From an uncultured delta proteobacterium (lineage in GTDB: Bacteria; Desulfobacterota; Binatia; Binatales; Binataceae), in NCBI GenBank assembly GCA_963789835.1, contig CAWBMF010000006.1, forward strand, positions 73,491-137,490: 64,000 nucleotides of DNA, given 5' to 3'. Shown here piece by piece: positions 45,782 through 57,600 of this stretch. Both the position numbers and the translations under genes were made by a program. The first letter of the stretch is position 1. Each line of letters starts with the position of its first letter. Below the pieces are notes generated by a model. That model was not told the DNA's origin and did not search any database. It worked only from the letters and a program-made list of their open reading frames with translations.

Positions 45782-47435
45782 ATGGCGACGGCCGACAAAA
45801 TTCCAGACGACGAATGGCGGTTGGACGATGGAACCGACGAGCCGGAGCCGCAGCCCGCGCCGCCGCCGGCGGTGGCCGTCACCAACTTGAGCGCAGAGAG
45901 GCTCGCGCGCGCCGTTTACGTCGTCACGGTCGAGCATCTCGCGTGGTACGTCGTCGCAGCATACGCAATCGTCACGCGTATAGCGGCTCTGGGAGCACGT
46001 CCGCTCGATCCGGCACAGGCACGCGACGCGCTCGCGGCGTTCTACATCGCGGCGCATGGGCGAGCAGCCTTCGCGCTGGCGGATGCGTCGTGGGTCACGA
46101 TACTCGAGGGCTGGATCTTCGCGGCGGCGGGCGCCAACGACGCCAATGCGCGAATCGTCGTGACGCTATGCGGTCTCGTCCTCGTCGCGACCGCATTTGC
46201 GATGCGGCCAGTGCTCGGCCGCGCGGGCGCGCTCGCCTTCGGCGCGATAGTCGCAATCTCGCCGAGCCTGACTTACTTCTCGCGCGGCGGTTCGACCGCG
46301 ATCGCATCGGTCACGTTCATGGTAGTGGCGATCGCAATCGCGGAAAGCATGCGCCGGCGTCCAACCATCGTGCGTGCGGCGGGACTCGGCGCCGCGATCG
46401 CGCTGTGGCTCACGGCAGATCCGATCGGCTACGTGACCGCAGCGGCGATAGTCGCGTCGCTACTGCTCGTCGGTGCGGTCGATGCGATTCGCCTCGACCA
46501 TCGCCGCTTGCGCGTGCGCGTATGGTGGGATCGGCGCCGCGCGCAGGTGATCGTCGGCGCGATCGTCGCGATTGGCTTGTGGCTCGTGCTGGCGACGGCG
46601 TTTTTCCATCGGCCGCTGTTCGCCGCGGTCGAATATTTCGCCGATGCCGCATTCGCACCGCCGGCGATTGCCGTTCACCGCGCAACTCACACGCTCGTCC
46701 CAATCCTGGTGTTTTACGAATTCATCGCCGTGAAGCTCGCACTCTTCGGCATCTTCGCGATCGTCACGCGGCGTATCGGTGATCGATTCGCTGCGTGGGC
46801 ACTGGTATGGGCGATGGTCAGTCTCGCGATTTTTGGGTCGCTGAGTTCGAATCGATCCGATGCAGTAGTCGCGATCATTCTGCCATTGGCAATCGTCGGT
46901 GCTTACGCCGTCGACTGGATGCATCGGTCGGAGCGCTGGCGATCGATTCGCTACGCGATGGCCGGCGTGATCGGGTTGACGATCTACGTTCAGCTCACTC
47001 GTCAACTTCGTCTATCCCGCGCCGGACGTCAGTGAGGCGCCGTGGCGGCGGCACGCGCTGCTGTTCTGGTCCGATCCTGCGACGTCGATTCAGACGGTGC
47101 GCGAATGCGCGCGCGCGCGAAATGCAGTGCCGCCGGCCGGCGCGACCGCGATGGTTCCCGACGATGCGCCGCAAGTACAATGGTACCTGCGCGATTATAC
47201 GCCGACCGCTTCGCCCGACGGCGCGAGCATCGTGGTGACTGTGGGCAAGACGCGAAGCGGATCGCTGGCGGCGAATCCCGACGCGCCGCAGTTCGGCTTC
47301 GAGGAGTCGTGGACGCCGAATTTCCACGCGCTGACGCCGGCCGCCGCGATCAGTTACCTGCTGACGCAACGAGCATGGAGCGAAGTCGAGATTCGCGATC
47401 TTCAAATCGTGATCGCGCCTGCCAAGGCTCCCTAA
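45782..47435 (+). CDS. polytopic membrane protein, GT-C/ArnT-like (TIGR03663-like) (apparent frameshift near 46990-47003)
   Basis: ATG 45782 (MATADKIPDDEW). At least 8 hydrophobic helices. LTIYVQLT then shifts to VNFVYPAPDVSEAPWRRHALLFWSDP...VQWYLRDYTP (frame of track ORF 47097..47435). The family assignment is from memory. Confidence 0.55.
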
Positions 47436-47590
47436 TCAGGTTTTCGCGAATCATTCGCCCAGGCGATTCTTCGGCCTTCCGCAGATTTGCGTGCTGGCCG
47501 TAGCTTTGCGATAAACTGCACAGACCGCGCATCGCGCACTCGTTTCCGCGCCCGCGCGTACTTGTATCCCGCTCAATTCAAGGAGTGCCG

Positions 47591-48277
47591 ATGGACTCAG
47601 TGGTCAAATTCCTTCAACCCTACCAACTGCATCCGGTCATCGACCATTTCTCGGTCGCCCTGCTCTTCACCGCCGTGCTGATCGATCTCGTCGCGAGCAC
47701 GGCGCCTAACCGCATCTGGCTTCGCTACACCGCTGTGCTGCTGATGATCCTGGGCGCGCTCGCAGCCGGCGGATCGTATTTCACCGGCGACGCGGAGGCC
47801 GATCGCATTTGGGACGCGCTCGGACCACCCGCCAAGGAAGTGCTGAAGCGGCATGCACAGCTCGGGGAATATCTCGCGATCGGCTTCGGCGTGCTGGCCG
47901 TGTGGCGAATCATGATCCAGGCGTTCGGCTTCATGGCGGGGTCGCGCGCGATTTATCTGATCGTCGCCCTCCTGGGGATCGCGACGCTCGGCTACTCGGC
48001 CCATCTCGGCGGCGTGCTGGTGTACGACTACGGCGCAGGCACGGCGCTGATGGGGTCCCAGCCGGTGCCGTCGGAAAACGCGACTCCCGCGGCGGTGCCG
48101 ACTTCCTCCGGACCCTTGCCGACGGTTTCCGTGCCGACTCCGGAAGCGAGCGCGAGCGCAGCGCCGCCGCCGGTCACTGCGGCTCCAGCTTCATCTATAG
48201 CGTCGCCCAGCCCGGCCAGCGTGCCGACCGCGAATCCGTCGGTTCAGCCGTCGACAGTGCCGAGTGCGAGCATGTGA
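47591..48277 (+). CDS. DUF2231 domain membrane protein with Pro/Ser/Ala-rich tail
   Basis: AAGGAG SD 5 nt before ATG 47591. LHPVIDHFSVALLFTAVLIDL, four TM helices, HLGGVLVYDYG. Confidence 0.75.
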   Translation: MDSVVKFLQPYQLHPVIDHFSVALLFTAVLIDLVASTAPNRIWLRYTAVLLMILGALAAGGSYFTGDAEADRIWDALGPPAKEVLKRHAQLGEYLAIGFGVLAVWRIMIQAFGFMAGSRAIYLIVALLGIATLGYSAHLGGVLVYDYGAGTALMGSQPVPSENATPAAVPTSSGPLPTVSVPTPEASASAAPPPVTAAPASSIASPSPASVPTANPSVQPSTVPSASM

Positions 48278-48349
48278 TCCGATCGAAGTTGAAAATAACG
48301 GCGCGGTCTTGATTCGAACCGCGCCGCCAGCAGGAGTTTCAAAAAGAAA

Positions 48350-49516
48350 ATGACACAGCGACTCGGCTTTGGCGTGTTCCTCGCGCCGCATCATCCTATC
48401 GGCGAGCATCCGACGCTCCAGTTTCAGCGCGATCTCGAACTCGCCGAATTGCTCGATGAGCTTCACTACGACGAGTTCTGGGTCGGCGAGCATCATTCGG
48501 CGGGATGGGAAACCATTGCGTCGCCGGAAATGTTCCTGGTCGCCGCGGCCGAACGCACCAAGCGAATCAAGCTCGGCACCGGCGTTGTCTCGATTCCGTA
48601 CCATCATCCGTTCAACGTCGCACAGCGCATCGTGATGCTCGACCATCTGAGCCACGGGCGCGCGATGCTCGGCGTCGGGCCCGGCGCGCTGCCGTCGGAC
48701 GCCGTCATGCTCGGCATCGATCCGATGACGCAGCGCGACAAAATGGACGAAGGCCTCGGCGTTATCCTGCGGCTGCTCACGACCGACGAGCCCTTCAGCC
48801 ACAGCGGCTCATGGTTCGAGCTGAACAACGCCGCGCTGCAGATTCGGCCGCTGCAGGAAAAAATCCCGGTCGCAGTGGCGTCGACGATTTCGCCGTCGGG
48901 GATGAAGACCGCGGGCAAATACGGCGCCGGCGTGTTGTCGGTCGCGTCGTACTCCGAGGAAGGGCTGATGGCGTTGCCGACGCAATGGAATTTCGGCGAG
49001 ACCTCGGCCAAGGAACACGGGCAGACGATCGATCGCGCGAAATGGCGAATCGTCATGCCGTTTCATCTTGCCGAGTCGAAAGAGCAGGCGATGCGCGAAG
49101 TCGCGGCCGGGCTCCAGCGCTGGCAGAACGAATACATCGTCGGGATTCTCGGCACGCCGAATCGGCCGCAATTTCCCGACGGCTACGAAGCCGCCAAGCG
49201 GATGAGCGATTACGGCGGCGCAATTTTCGGCACGCCCGACGACGCGCTCGAACGCATCGCGCGGCTGCAGAAACTCTCGGGCGGCTTCGGCACGATCCTC
49301 GTGTTCGCGCACGACTGGGCGACGCGTCCGCAGATGCTGCGCAGCTACGAGCTGCTCGCGCGCTACGTGATGCCGCGATGCCAGGGGCTGATCGCGCCGA
49401 TCGAAGCGTCGGCAGCCCGCGTGACCGCCAACAAGGAAGCGCTGATGGAAAAATCCACCGGCGCAATCCTCAAAGCAATTCGCGACTACAACGCCGTGCA
49501 CCCGCGACAGAAATGA
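48350..49516 (+). CDS. LLM-class flavin-dependent monooxygenase (limonene monooxygenase LimB-like)
   Basis: 388 aa. FGVFLAPHHPIGEHPTLQFQRDLELAELLDELHYDEFWVGEHHSAGWETIASPEMF... Close paralogue of 49989..51218. Confidence 0.85.
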   Translation: MTQRLGFGVFLAPHHPIGEHPTLQFQRDLELAELLDELHYDEFWVGEHHSAGWETIASPEMFLVAAAERTKRIKLGTGVVSIPYHHPFNVAQRIVMLDHLSHGRAMLGVGPGALPSDAVMLGIDPMTQRDKMDEGLGVILRLLTTDEPFSHSGSWFELNNAALQIRPLQEKIPVAVASTISPSGMKTAGKYGAGVLSVASYSEEGLMALPTQWNFGETSAKEHGQTIDRAKWRIVMPFHLAESKEQAMREVAAGLQRWQNEYIVGILGTPNRPQFPDGYEAAKRMSDYGGAIFGTPDDALERIARLQKLSGGFGTILVFAHDWATRPQMLRSYELLARYVMPRCQGLIAPIEASAARVTANKEALMEKSTGAILKAIRDYNAVHPRQK

Positions 49517-49525
49517 GGAGGGCAG

Positions 49526-49900
49526 ATGGTCAAGTTCGATCACATGAACCTTCCCGTGACGAACTACCAGGCATCGCGCGACTGGTACGTGCGCAACTTC
49601 GGCTTCAAGGTTGAATTCGAGGTCGCCGCGCGCAAGACCTCCGCGATCCAGGACGACGCCGGCTTCACGATTTTCCTCTACGAGCAACCGGCGCAACTCT
49701 CGGGCGCGAAATGCTCGCTGACGCTGCAGGTCGAAGACGTCGATTCGAAGTACAAAGAACTGCAATCGAAGGGCGTCGCGTTCGTAAATCCACCCGGCAA
49801 ATATTTCTGGGGCTACGGCGCCGAACTCCGCGACCCCGACGGCTACCAGATCCTGCTGTGGGACGAAGTCTCGATGAAAGAAAAAGGCGGCTCGAACTAG
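49526..49900 (+). CDS. VOC family protein (glyoxalase-like)
   Basis: 124 aa. MVKFDHMNLPVTNYQASRDWYVRNFGFKV...LRDPDGYQILLWD. Confidence 0.8.
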   Translation: MVKFDHMNLPVTNYQASRDWYVRNFGFKVEFEVAARKTSAIQDDAGFTIFLYEQPAQLSGAKCSLTLQVEDVDSKYKELQSKGVAFVNPPGKYFWGYGAELRDPDGYQILLWDEVSMKEKGGSN

Positions 49901-49988
49901 CCTGAAGCGGCTCTACATCACATAATTGCGATGTTGCGTTCGGCGGGTGCCCTGCGTAACACTCGTTTCTCAACTGAACGATTGTTTA

Positions 49989-51218
49989 ATGGAGGCCGTC
50001 GTGGACAACAGGCTTGGCTTTGGCGTTTTTCTCGCTCCGCATCATCCGATCGGCGAACATCCGATGCTCCAGCTCGAGCGCGACCTCGAACTCGCGACCC
50101 TGCTCGACGGCCTCGGCTACGACGAGTTCTGGGTCGGTGAGCATCATTCCGGCGGATGGGAGACCATCGCGTCGCCCGAGATGTTCCTCGCGGCGGCGGC
50201 GCAGCGCACGCAGCGCATCAAGCTCGGCACCGGCGTCGTCTCGATTCCTTATCATCACCCGTTCACCGTCGCGCAGAGAATCGTGATGCTCGATCTGCTG
50301 AGTCGCGGGCGCGCGATGCTTGGCGTTGGGCCCGGCGCGTTGCCGTCGGACGCGTTCATGCTCGGCATCGATCCGATGACGCAGCGCGACCAGATGGACG
50401 AAGGCCTCGGCGTGATCATCCGGCTGCTCACCGAGCGCGAGCCGATCACGGTCGAGGGTTCGTGGTATCTGCTGCGCGAGGCGGCGCTGCACCTGAAGCC
50501 GCTGCAGAAGCAGATGCCGATAGCAGTCGCGTCGATGATCTCGCCGGCCGGGATGAAGGCGGCGGGCAAGTACGGCGTGGGCGTGCTGTCGGTCGCGTCG
50601 TACATGCAGGAGGGTCTGACCGCGCTGAAGACGCAATGGAGTTTCGCCGAAAGCTCGGCCAAGGAGCACGGGCAGAAAGTCGATCGCGCGAACTGGCGTA
50701 TCGTCATGCCGTTTCACCTCGCCGATTCGAAAGAGCAGGCGTATCGCGACGTGGCTGACGGGCTCAAGCGATGGAACAACGAATACGTGGTGGGAATCAT
50801 CGGGCGCCCCGACGGACAGAATTTCGAGGACGGCTACCAGGCGGCGAAGTTCATGGACGAATTCGGCGGCGGAATTTTCGGCACGCCGGAAGACGCGCTC
50901 GAGAAGCTGGCCAAGCTGCAGGAGCTGTCGGGCGGCTTCGGCACAATCCTGAGCTTCGCGCACGACTGGGCGCCGAAAGAAAAAATGTGGCGCAGCTATG
51001 AACTGCTCGCGCGCTACGTGATGCCGCGATGCCAGGGGCTGCTCGATTCGATCGACGCGAGCGCTGCCCGCGTCACCGCAAGGCGGCACGAGCTGATGTC
51101 GGGCGCGACCGGCGCGATCATGAAGGCGATCGGATCCGACGAGAAAGCGATCGAGGCGATGACGAAGACAGTAGCCGGCCCGTTCAGCATCGCGCCTGCG
51201 CAAAGCACGAGCAAATAA
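49989..51218 (+). CDS. LLM-class flavin-dependent monooxygenase (paralogue of 48350..49516)
   Basis: Inner ATG 49989 (MEAVVDNRLGFGVFLAPHHPIGEHPMLQLERDLELATLLD...). Most positions are identical to the upstream paralogue on visual alignment. Confidence 0.85.
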   Translation: MEAVVDNRLGFGVFLAPHHPIGEHPMLQLERDLELATLLDGLGYDEFWVGEHHSGGWETIASPEMFLAAAAQRTQRIKLGTGVVSIPYHHPFTVAQRIVMLDLLSRGRAMLGVGPGALPSDAFMLGIDPMTQRDQMDEGLGVIIRLLTEREPITVEGSWYLLREAALHLKPLQKQMPIAVASMISPAGMKAAGKYGVGVLSVASYMQEGLTALKTQWSFAESSAKEHGQKVDRANWRIVMPFHLADSKEQAYRDVADGLKRWNNEYVVGIIGRPDGQNFEDGYQAAKFMDEFGGGIFGTPEDALEKLAKLQELSGGFGTILSFAHDWAPKEKMWRSYELLARYVMPRCQGLLDSIDASAARVTARRHELMSGATGAIMKAIGSDEKAIEAMTKTVAGPFSIAPAQSTSK

Positions 51219-51348
51219 GTCGCGCTGACATCGCGCGCGGCTGACAACCGTTGTCCGCGCTGTGGAAACAGCGCGGCGCGGCCCTTGAAGCTGCGATCCT
51301 CGGAGCACAGCATAGAGATGTGGCGCGGCATCGAGTCGCGCCGCGCCG

Positions 51349-54300
51349 ATGCCAGCTGCTCGTGAAATCATAATCTCCGCGCGCGCATCCGAGCGCGTCG
51401 CCGCCGCGCGCGCATGGCTCGAGTCGCAGCCGCCGGCGACCGAAGTCCTCGTCATCGCGTCGGTCAAGGAAGCCGCCGACGACCTCGTGCGCGCCTTCGC
51501 AGTCGCGCGCGGCGCGATGCTCGGAGTGCATCGCCTGACGCTCGACCGCCTCGTCGGCCTGCTCGCCGCCGAAGAACTCGCCGACGCGGGCCTCGCGCCG
51601 GCGGACGGACTGGCAGCCGAAGCCGTCGCCGCGCGGGCAGTCTTCCGCCTCGCGCCGTCGGGAGCGCTCGCCCATTTCGAGCCGGTGCTGGATCGCCCCG
51701 GTTTCTCGCGCGCGCTCGCGCGCACGCTGATCGAGCTGCGATGGAACAACATCGGCGCCGGCGACCTGCGCGCGCTGGGCGCCGCCGGCGAGGCAATCGC
51801 CGCGACGCTCGCGCAGTTCGACGCCGAGCTGGCCGAGGCGAAGCTGATCGACCGCGCCGGGATGCTGCAAGTCGCAACGCGCGCTGCGCTCGCGAGCGAA
51901 CCGCCGCGCTTTGTCGGACTGCCGATTTTATTGCTCGATCCTTCGGTCGACAGCGCACTCGACCGCGACTTTATCGCAGCGCTCGCCGCCCGCGCGCCAT
52001 CGGTTCTCGCGACGCTTCCCGCTGGCGACTCTCCCGTGCAGACCATCCTCGAAGATGCGCTCGGCGTTCGCGCAAATGCTCAGTCGCCGACCGTCGACGA
52101 GGCCACTGCGCCGTCGCTCGAACGCCTGCAGACACATCTGTTTGCCGACACCGCCCCGCCTGAGCGCGACGTCGATGAAACCGTCACGGTGATTTCCGCG
52201 CCGGGCGAGATGCACGAGTGCGTCGAGATCGCGCGGCGAATCGCGGCCGAAGCGCGCCGCGGCGTCCCGTTCGATCGAATCGCCGTGCTGCTGCACGACC
52301 CCGTCCGCTACGCGCCGTATCTGCAGGAAGCGCTCGCCCGCGCCGACATCCCCGCGTACTTCGCGCGCGGCACGCGGCGCCCCGAGCCCGGCGGCCGCGC
52401 GATGCTCGCGCTGCTTTGCTGCGCCTCGGAAAATCTCTCGGCGCGCCGCTTCGCCGAATATCTGTCGCTCGCTCAGGTGCCCGACGCCGATCGCCAGCGC
52501 GATGACCAGCCCGCCGTCAGTCCCGACGCCGAGCTCGCGCCAATATCGCTCGAGTCGGATCTCGAAGTTGAACGGAGCGCCACTCCAGTTGACGACGGCG
52601 ACGCGTCCGATCCGGTCCCGGTGATCGATGGAACGACGCGGGCGCCCTGGCGATGGGAACGCCTGCTGGTCGACGCGGCAGTGATCGGCAGCGCGCAGCG
52701 ATGGAAGAAAAGATTGGCCGGTTTGGGCAACGAGCTCATTTCGCGGCGCAAGGAGATTGCGGACGACGACGCCCGCGTCGCCGGCCTGGAGCGGCGAATC
52801 CTCGACCTCGCGCATCTCGGCGAAGTCGCGATGCCGATCATCTCGATGCTCGAAGCGGCGCCGCGCGATGCGACCTGGGGCGACTGGCTCAAGTTCCTGC
52901 GCGGTCTGGTCGACCTGGCGATTCGCGATCGCGAGCCGGTGCTGGCCGCGCTGGCGGAGCTCGAGCCGATGGCGCCGGTCGGTCCGGTCGGACTCGACGA
53001 GGTGCGCTTCGTGCTGAACGATCGGCTCGGGCGGCTGGAGGCGCCGCGGCGCGTTCGCCGCTACGGCGCCGTGTTCGTCGCGCCGCCGAATCGCGCGCGC
53101 GGCCTGGAGTTCGACGTCGTTATCGTCCCCGGTCTGGCCGAGCGGATGTTTCCGCGCAAGCTCACCGAGGATCCGATTCTTTCCGATGTGGCGCGCGCGC
53201 AGCTGAGTCCGTATCTCGCGCGCAATGAGCGGCGGGTCGGTGCGGAGCGGCTCGCGCTGCGAATTGCGGCGGGCGCGGCGCGCACGCGTGCGATGTTTTC
53301 TTATCCGCGCGTCGATCTCGACCAGGGCCGTCCGCGAGTGCCGTCGTTCTACGCGCTGGAAGTCCTGCGCGCGGCGGAGGGCAAGCTGCCCGGCTTCGAC
53401 GAGCTGGCGACTCGCGCGGCGTCTCAGCCGGTGACGCGATTGTCGTGGCCGGCGCCGGCGAATCCGGCCGACGCGATCGACGATGCGGAATTCGATCTGG
53501 CGGTGCTCGACAAACTGGTCGACGCCGATCCGCTGACCACGACCGGCGCCGCAAACTATCTGCTCGGCGCCAACGTGCATCTCGGCCGGGCGCTGCGGGC
53601 GCGGGCGCGGCGATGGCTCCGGCGATGGACGCCGGCGGACGGCCTGGTCGATCCCGACGCGGCTGCGCTGGCGGCGTTGGGGAAGCATCAGTTGAGCGCG
53701 CGATCGTACTCGCCGACGGCGCTGCAGCATTTCGCGGCGTGTCCGTATCGATTTTTTCTGCAAGCGATCCATCGCTTGGAACCGCGCGAGGAGCCCGAGG
53801 CGATCGAGACGCTCGACCCGCTGACGCGCGGCAGTATTTTCGCGGACGTGCAGTACGAAATCCTGTCGGCGCTCAGGGAGCTCGACGTGCTGCCGGTGAC
53901 GCCGGAGGACCTGGACGACGCGTCGGGGCTGCTCGACGAGAAGCTCGACGAAGTTGCGGCGGAGCGGCATGACGAGCTGGCGCCGGCGATCGAGCGCGTG
54001 TGGCTCGACGGAATCGAAAGTATCCGCGCCGATTTGCGCGAATGGCTGCGGCGCGCGGCGGAGGATTCGGAGCATTGGCGGCCCGAATGGTTCGAGCTCG
54101 GCTTTGGGCTGAGCGATCGCGCCAAGGCGGATCCCCATAGCTCGCCCGATCCGGTCGTTATCGAAGGCGGGCTCAGTTTGCGCGGATCGATCGATCTGCT
54201 CGAGCGCGATCCGGCGGGGCGAATCCGCGTGACCGATCACAAGACCGGGAAAGTGCGCGCGGAGAAGCACTTCGTGATCGGCGGCGGCAAGACGCTGCAG

Positions 54301-54618
54301 CCGGTGTTGTATGCGATCGCGGCGGAGCGCGTGCTCGACGAGAAGATTTCCGCGGGGCGGCTTTACTACTGCACCGCGGCGGGCGGCTACGAGGAGCGAG
54401 TTGTCGAAATCAACGACGACGCGCGAAAGGCGGCGCGCGATTTCGTCGCAATCGTGAAGGAGTCGCTCGAAACCGGATTTTTGCCGGCGGCGCCGGACGA
54501 TCGCGAGTGCGACTGGTGCGACTACAAGCGTGTGTGCGGGCCGTACGAGGAGCGGCGCTCGCGAATCAAACCGAAGGCGCGGCTCAATTCGTTGACGCGG
54601 CTGCGCGAGATGCCATGA
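51349..54618 (+). CDS. addB: AddB-type helicase-nuclease subunit (PD-(D/E)XK nuclease with Cys cluster)
   Basis: 1089 aa. C-terminal nuclease GSIDLLERDPAGRIRVTDHKTGK with four Cys (FAACPYRFF ... RECDWCDYKRVCGP), as in Fe-S AddB. The stop overlaps the addA ATG (ATGA). Confidence 0.8.
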   Translation: MPAAREIIISARASERVAAARAWLESQPPATEVLVIASVKEAADDLVRAFAVARGAMLGVHRLTLDRLVGLLAAEELADAGLAPADGLAAEAVAARAVFRLAPSGALAHFEPVLDRPGFSRALARTLIELRWNNIGAGDLRALGAAGEAIAATLAQFDAELAEAKLIDRAGMLQVATRAALASEPPRFVGLPILLLDPSVDSALDRDFIAALAARAPSVLATLPAGDSPVQTILEDALGVRANAQSPTVDEATAPSLERLQTHLFADTAPPERDVDETVTVISAPGEMHECVEIARRIAAEARRGVPFDRIAVLLHDPVRYAPYLQEALARADIPAYFARGTRRPEPGGRAMLALLCCASENLSARRFAEYLSLAQVPDADRQRDDQPAVSPDAELAPISLESDLEVERSATPVDDGDASDPVPVIDGTTRAPWRWERLLVDAAVIGSAQRWKKRLAGLGNELISRRKEIADDDARVAGLERRILDLAHLGEVAMPIISMLEAAPRDATWGDWLKFLRGLVDLAIRDREPVLAALAELEPMAPVGPVGLDEVRFVLNDRLGRLEAPRRVRRYGAVFVAPPNRARGLEFDVVIVPGLAERMFPRKLTEDPILSDVARAQLSPYLARNERRVGAERLALRIAAGAARTRAMFSYPRVDLDQGRPRVPSFYALEVLRAAEGKLPGFDELATRAASQPVTRLSWPAPANPADAIDDAEFDLAVLDKLVDADPLTTTGAANYLLGANVHLGRALRARARRWLRRWTPADGLVDPDAAALAALGKHQLSARSYSPTALQHFAACPYRFFLQAIHRLEPREEPEAIETLDPLTRGSIFADVQYEILSALRELDVLPVTPEDLDDASGLLDEKLDEVAAERHDELAPAIERVWLDGIESIRADLREWLRRAAEDSEHWRPEWFELGFGLSDRAKADPHSSPDPVVIEGGLSLRGSIDLLERDPAGRIRVTDHKTGKVRAEKHFVIGGGKTLQPVLYAIAAERVLDEKISAGRLYYCTAAGGYEERVVEINDDARKAARDFVAIVKESLETGFLPAAPDDRECDWCDYKRVCGPYEERRSRIKPKARLNSLTRLREMP

Positions 54619-57600
54619 CACTCATGAATCCGACTCTCATATCCGACCAGGCGGTGCGCGATCGGATTCGCGACGACCTCGACGTCACGCTCGTGATCGA
54701 GGCGGCGGCGGGCACCGGCAAGACGACGGCGCTGGTGAATCGAATCGTCTCGGTGATCGGGTCCGGGCGCGGCGAGCTGGCGCGAATCGTCGCGGTGACG
54801 TTTACCGAAAAGGCGGCCGGCGAGCTGAAGCTGCGCCTGCGCGCCGAAATCGAACGGGCGCGCCAGGGCACGGAACCTTCGAGCGAAGGGCGCGCGCGTT
54901 TCGACCTGGCGCTCAAGCAACTCGAGGAAGCGCGGATCGGAACGATTCATTCGTTTTGCGCCGACCTGCTGCGCGAGCGGCCGGTTGAGGCGCGCGTCGA
55001 TCCGATGTTCGAAGTCGCGCCCGAGGACGTTGCGGGCGAGATGTTCGACGCGGCGTTCGAGCGATGGTTCGAGCGTATCCTCGACCAGCCGGGCGAGGGC
55101 ATGCGGCGGCTGCTGCGGCGGCGCGATTTGTCGGCGCGCACCGGGCCGCGCGATATCGCACGGCACGCGGCGCTCGAGCTGATGAACTGGCGCGACTTCG
55201 ATTCGCCCTGGCAGCATTCGCCGTTCGCGCGCGACGCAGAAATCGACGCGATAATCGCGGAAGTCGAAGCGCTCGGCAAACTTGGCGAGCTCGGCGAGGA
55301 CGACGACTGGCTGGCGAAGAGCCTCCAGGATATTGCCAAGCCGGTAAACGAATCGACGCGGCTGGAACCGGTGCGCGGGCGCGACTATGACGCGCTCGAA
55401 TCCGTGCTGATCAGACTTTGCACGGGCCGGCATTGGAACTGGAAGGGATACGGCGGCGGCTTTGGCGAGGTCGAGCGCGACGAGATTTTCCGGCGGCGCG
55501 CCGCGTTGCATGAGCGGCTGAAGAAATTTCGCGACGACGCGGGCGCAAATCTCGCGCCTTTGCTGCGCGACGAGTTGTGGCCGGTGGTCGGCATTTACGA
55601 GGACCTCAAACGCCGCGCGGGGCGGCTCGACTTCCTCGATCTGCTGCTGGTCGCGCGCAACCTGGTTCGCGACAATCCGGCGGTGCGCGCCGAGTTGCAA
55701 CATCGCTTCACGCATATTTTTGTCGATGAATTCCAGGACACCGATCCGCTGCAGGCGGAAATCCTGCTGCTGCTTTCGGCCGCGGATGACGGCGAGACCA
55801 ATTGGCTGAAGGTCAGGCCGATTCCCGGCAAATTATTTATCGTCGGCGATCCGAAACAATCGATTTACCGTTTTCGGCGCGCCGACGTTTCGCTCTACCA
55901 GGCCGTCAAGCAACTGCTGCTGATGCATGGCGCGCAACTCGAACATCTGACGGTCAGCTTTCGCGCGACGCCGTCGATTCAGACGATGGTCAATGCGGCG
56001 TTCGCGCCGCTGATGAGCGCGGAATCGGGCACGCAGCCGCGGTATGCGCCGTTGACGCCGTATCGCGCGGAGCCCACGTCGCAGCCGTCGATCGTCGTGC
56101 TGCCGGTGCCGGAGCCGTACGGCGATTTTGGCCGGGTCGTGAATTGGAAAATCGACGACTCGCTTCCCGAGGCGATTGCCGCGTACGCGCGCTGGCTGGT
56201 GCATGAGAGCGGATGGACGGTGACCGAGCGCGAGGCGCCCGAGGTGCGCGTGCCGATTCGCCCGCGCCATATCTGCATCCTGTTTCGCCGCATGAATTCC
56301 TTCGGGCGCGACGTGACGCGGCCGTACCTGCGCGCGCTCGAAGCGCGGCATCTGCCGCACGTGCTGGTCAAGGGCGGGTCGTTCAACGAGCGCGAAGAAG
56401 TGATCGCGATGCGCAATCTGCTGGGCGCAATCGAGCGGCCCGACGACGAGCTGACGGTGTTCGCCGCGCTGCACGGTCCGGTGTTCGCGCTGTCGGACGC
56501 GGCGCTGCTCGAATTTCGCATGACGCTCGGCAGTCTGCATCCGTTTCGCCGGCTGCCCGACGACTTGCCCGAGAGTCTGAAGGAAGTGAAGGGCGCGCTC
56601 GAGGTGATCAAGGGATTGCATCGAGGGCGAAATCGAAGGCCGATCGCGGAGACGATCGCGACGCTGCTGGCGACTACGCGCGCGCATGCCGGATTCGCGA
56701 TTTGGCCGACGGGTGAGCAGGCGCTCGCGAACGTCATGCGAATCATGGACCAGGCGCGGCGCTACGAAGCGCGCGGCGGCACGACGTCGTTTCGCGCGTT
56801 CGTCGATGAGCTGGAAGCGCGGGCCGAGCGCGACGAGGCGAGCGAGACGCCGATCGTCGAGGAAGGGACCGAGGGCGTGCGCATAATGACGGTGCATCGC
56901 GCGAAAGGCCTCGAGTTCCCGGTCGTCATTCTGGCCGATATCACCTGCAACGAGACTCGCGAGCGCGCGTCGCGATATATCGAGCCCGCATCGAAGCTGG
57001 CCGCGATGGAACTTGCGGGATGCGCGCCGCGCGAGCTGCAGGTGAACCAGGCGCGAGAGCATGAGCGCGACCAGGAGGAAGCAATCCGGCTGCTGTATGT
57101 GGCGACGACGCGCGCGCGCGATCTGATCGTCGTGCCTGCGGTTGGCGACGACCCGCAGGAGAGCGACGGCTGGCTCGCGCGGCTGAACCCTGTGATCTAT
57201 CCGGCGAATGCGGAGCGGCGCGCGCCCGTGTCGTCGCATCCGGCGGGATGTCCCGAATTCGGCGACGACAGCGTGCTGACGCGGCCGCCGAAAGCGCCGG
57301 GCAAAGTGAAATCGGTGTCGCCGGGATTACATCGCGCGCAAACCGGCGAGCATCAAATCGTCTGGTGGGATCCGCGGCTGCTGATCCTGAACGTCGAAGA
57401 GAAGATGGGACTGCGGCAGGACAGGCTGCTGCAGGCCGACGAGAGTCGCCAAATTTCCGATCGCGGAATCAAGCTGCACGAGGATTGGAGCGCGCGCAGG
57501 GCGGAGATGCTCGCGGCGGGAACGACGCCGCGGTTAAACGTCGCGACGGCGACCGAGCTCGCGCTGGCGGCGCCGGCTGGCGGACCGGCGTCGGCGGAGA

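Noticed and set aside
49986-57239. Very long minus-strand ORFs (49986..52046, 686 aa; 51928..54621, 897 aa; 54522..55715; 55833..57239) opposite the LLM, addB and addA genes.
   Set aside because: Same reasoning as above. The sequences are low-complexity Arg/Ala/Pro, while the plus-strand genes carry complete helicase, nuclease and LLM motifs.
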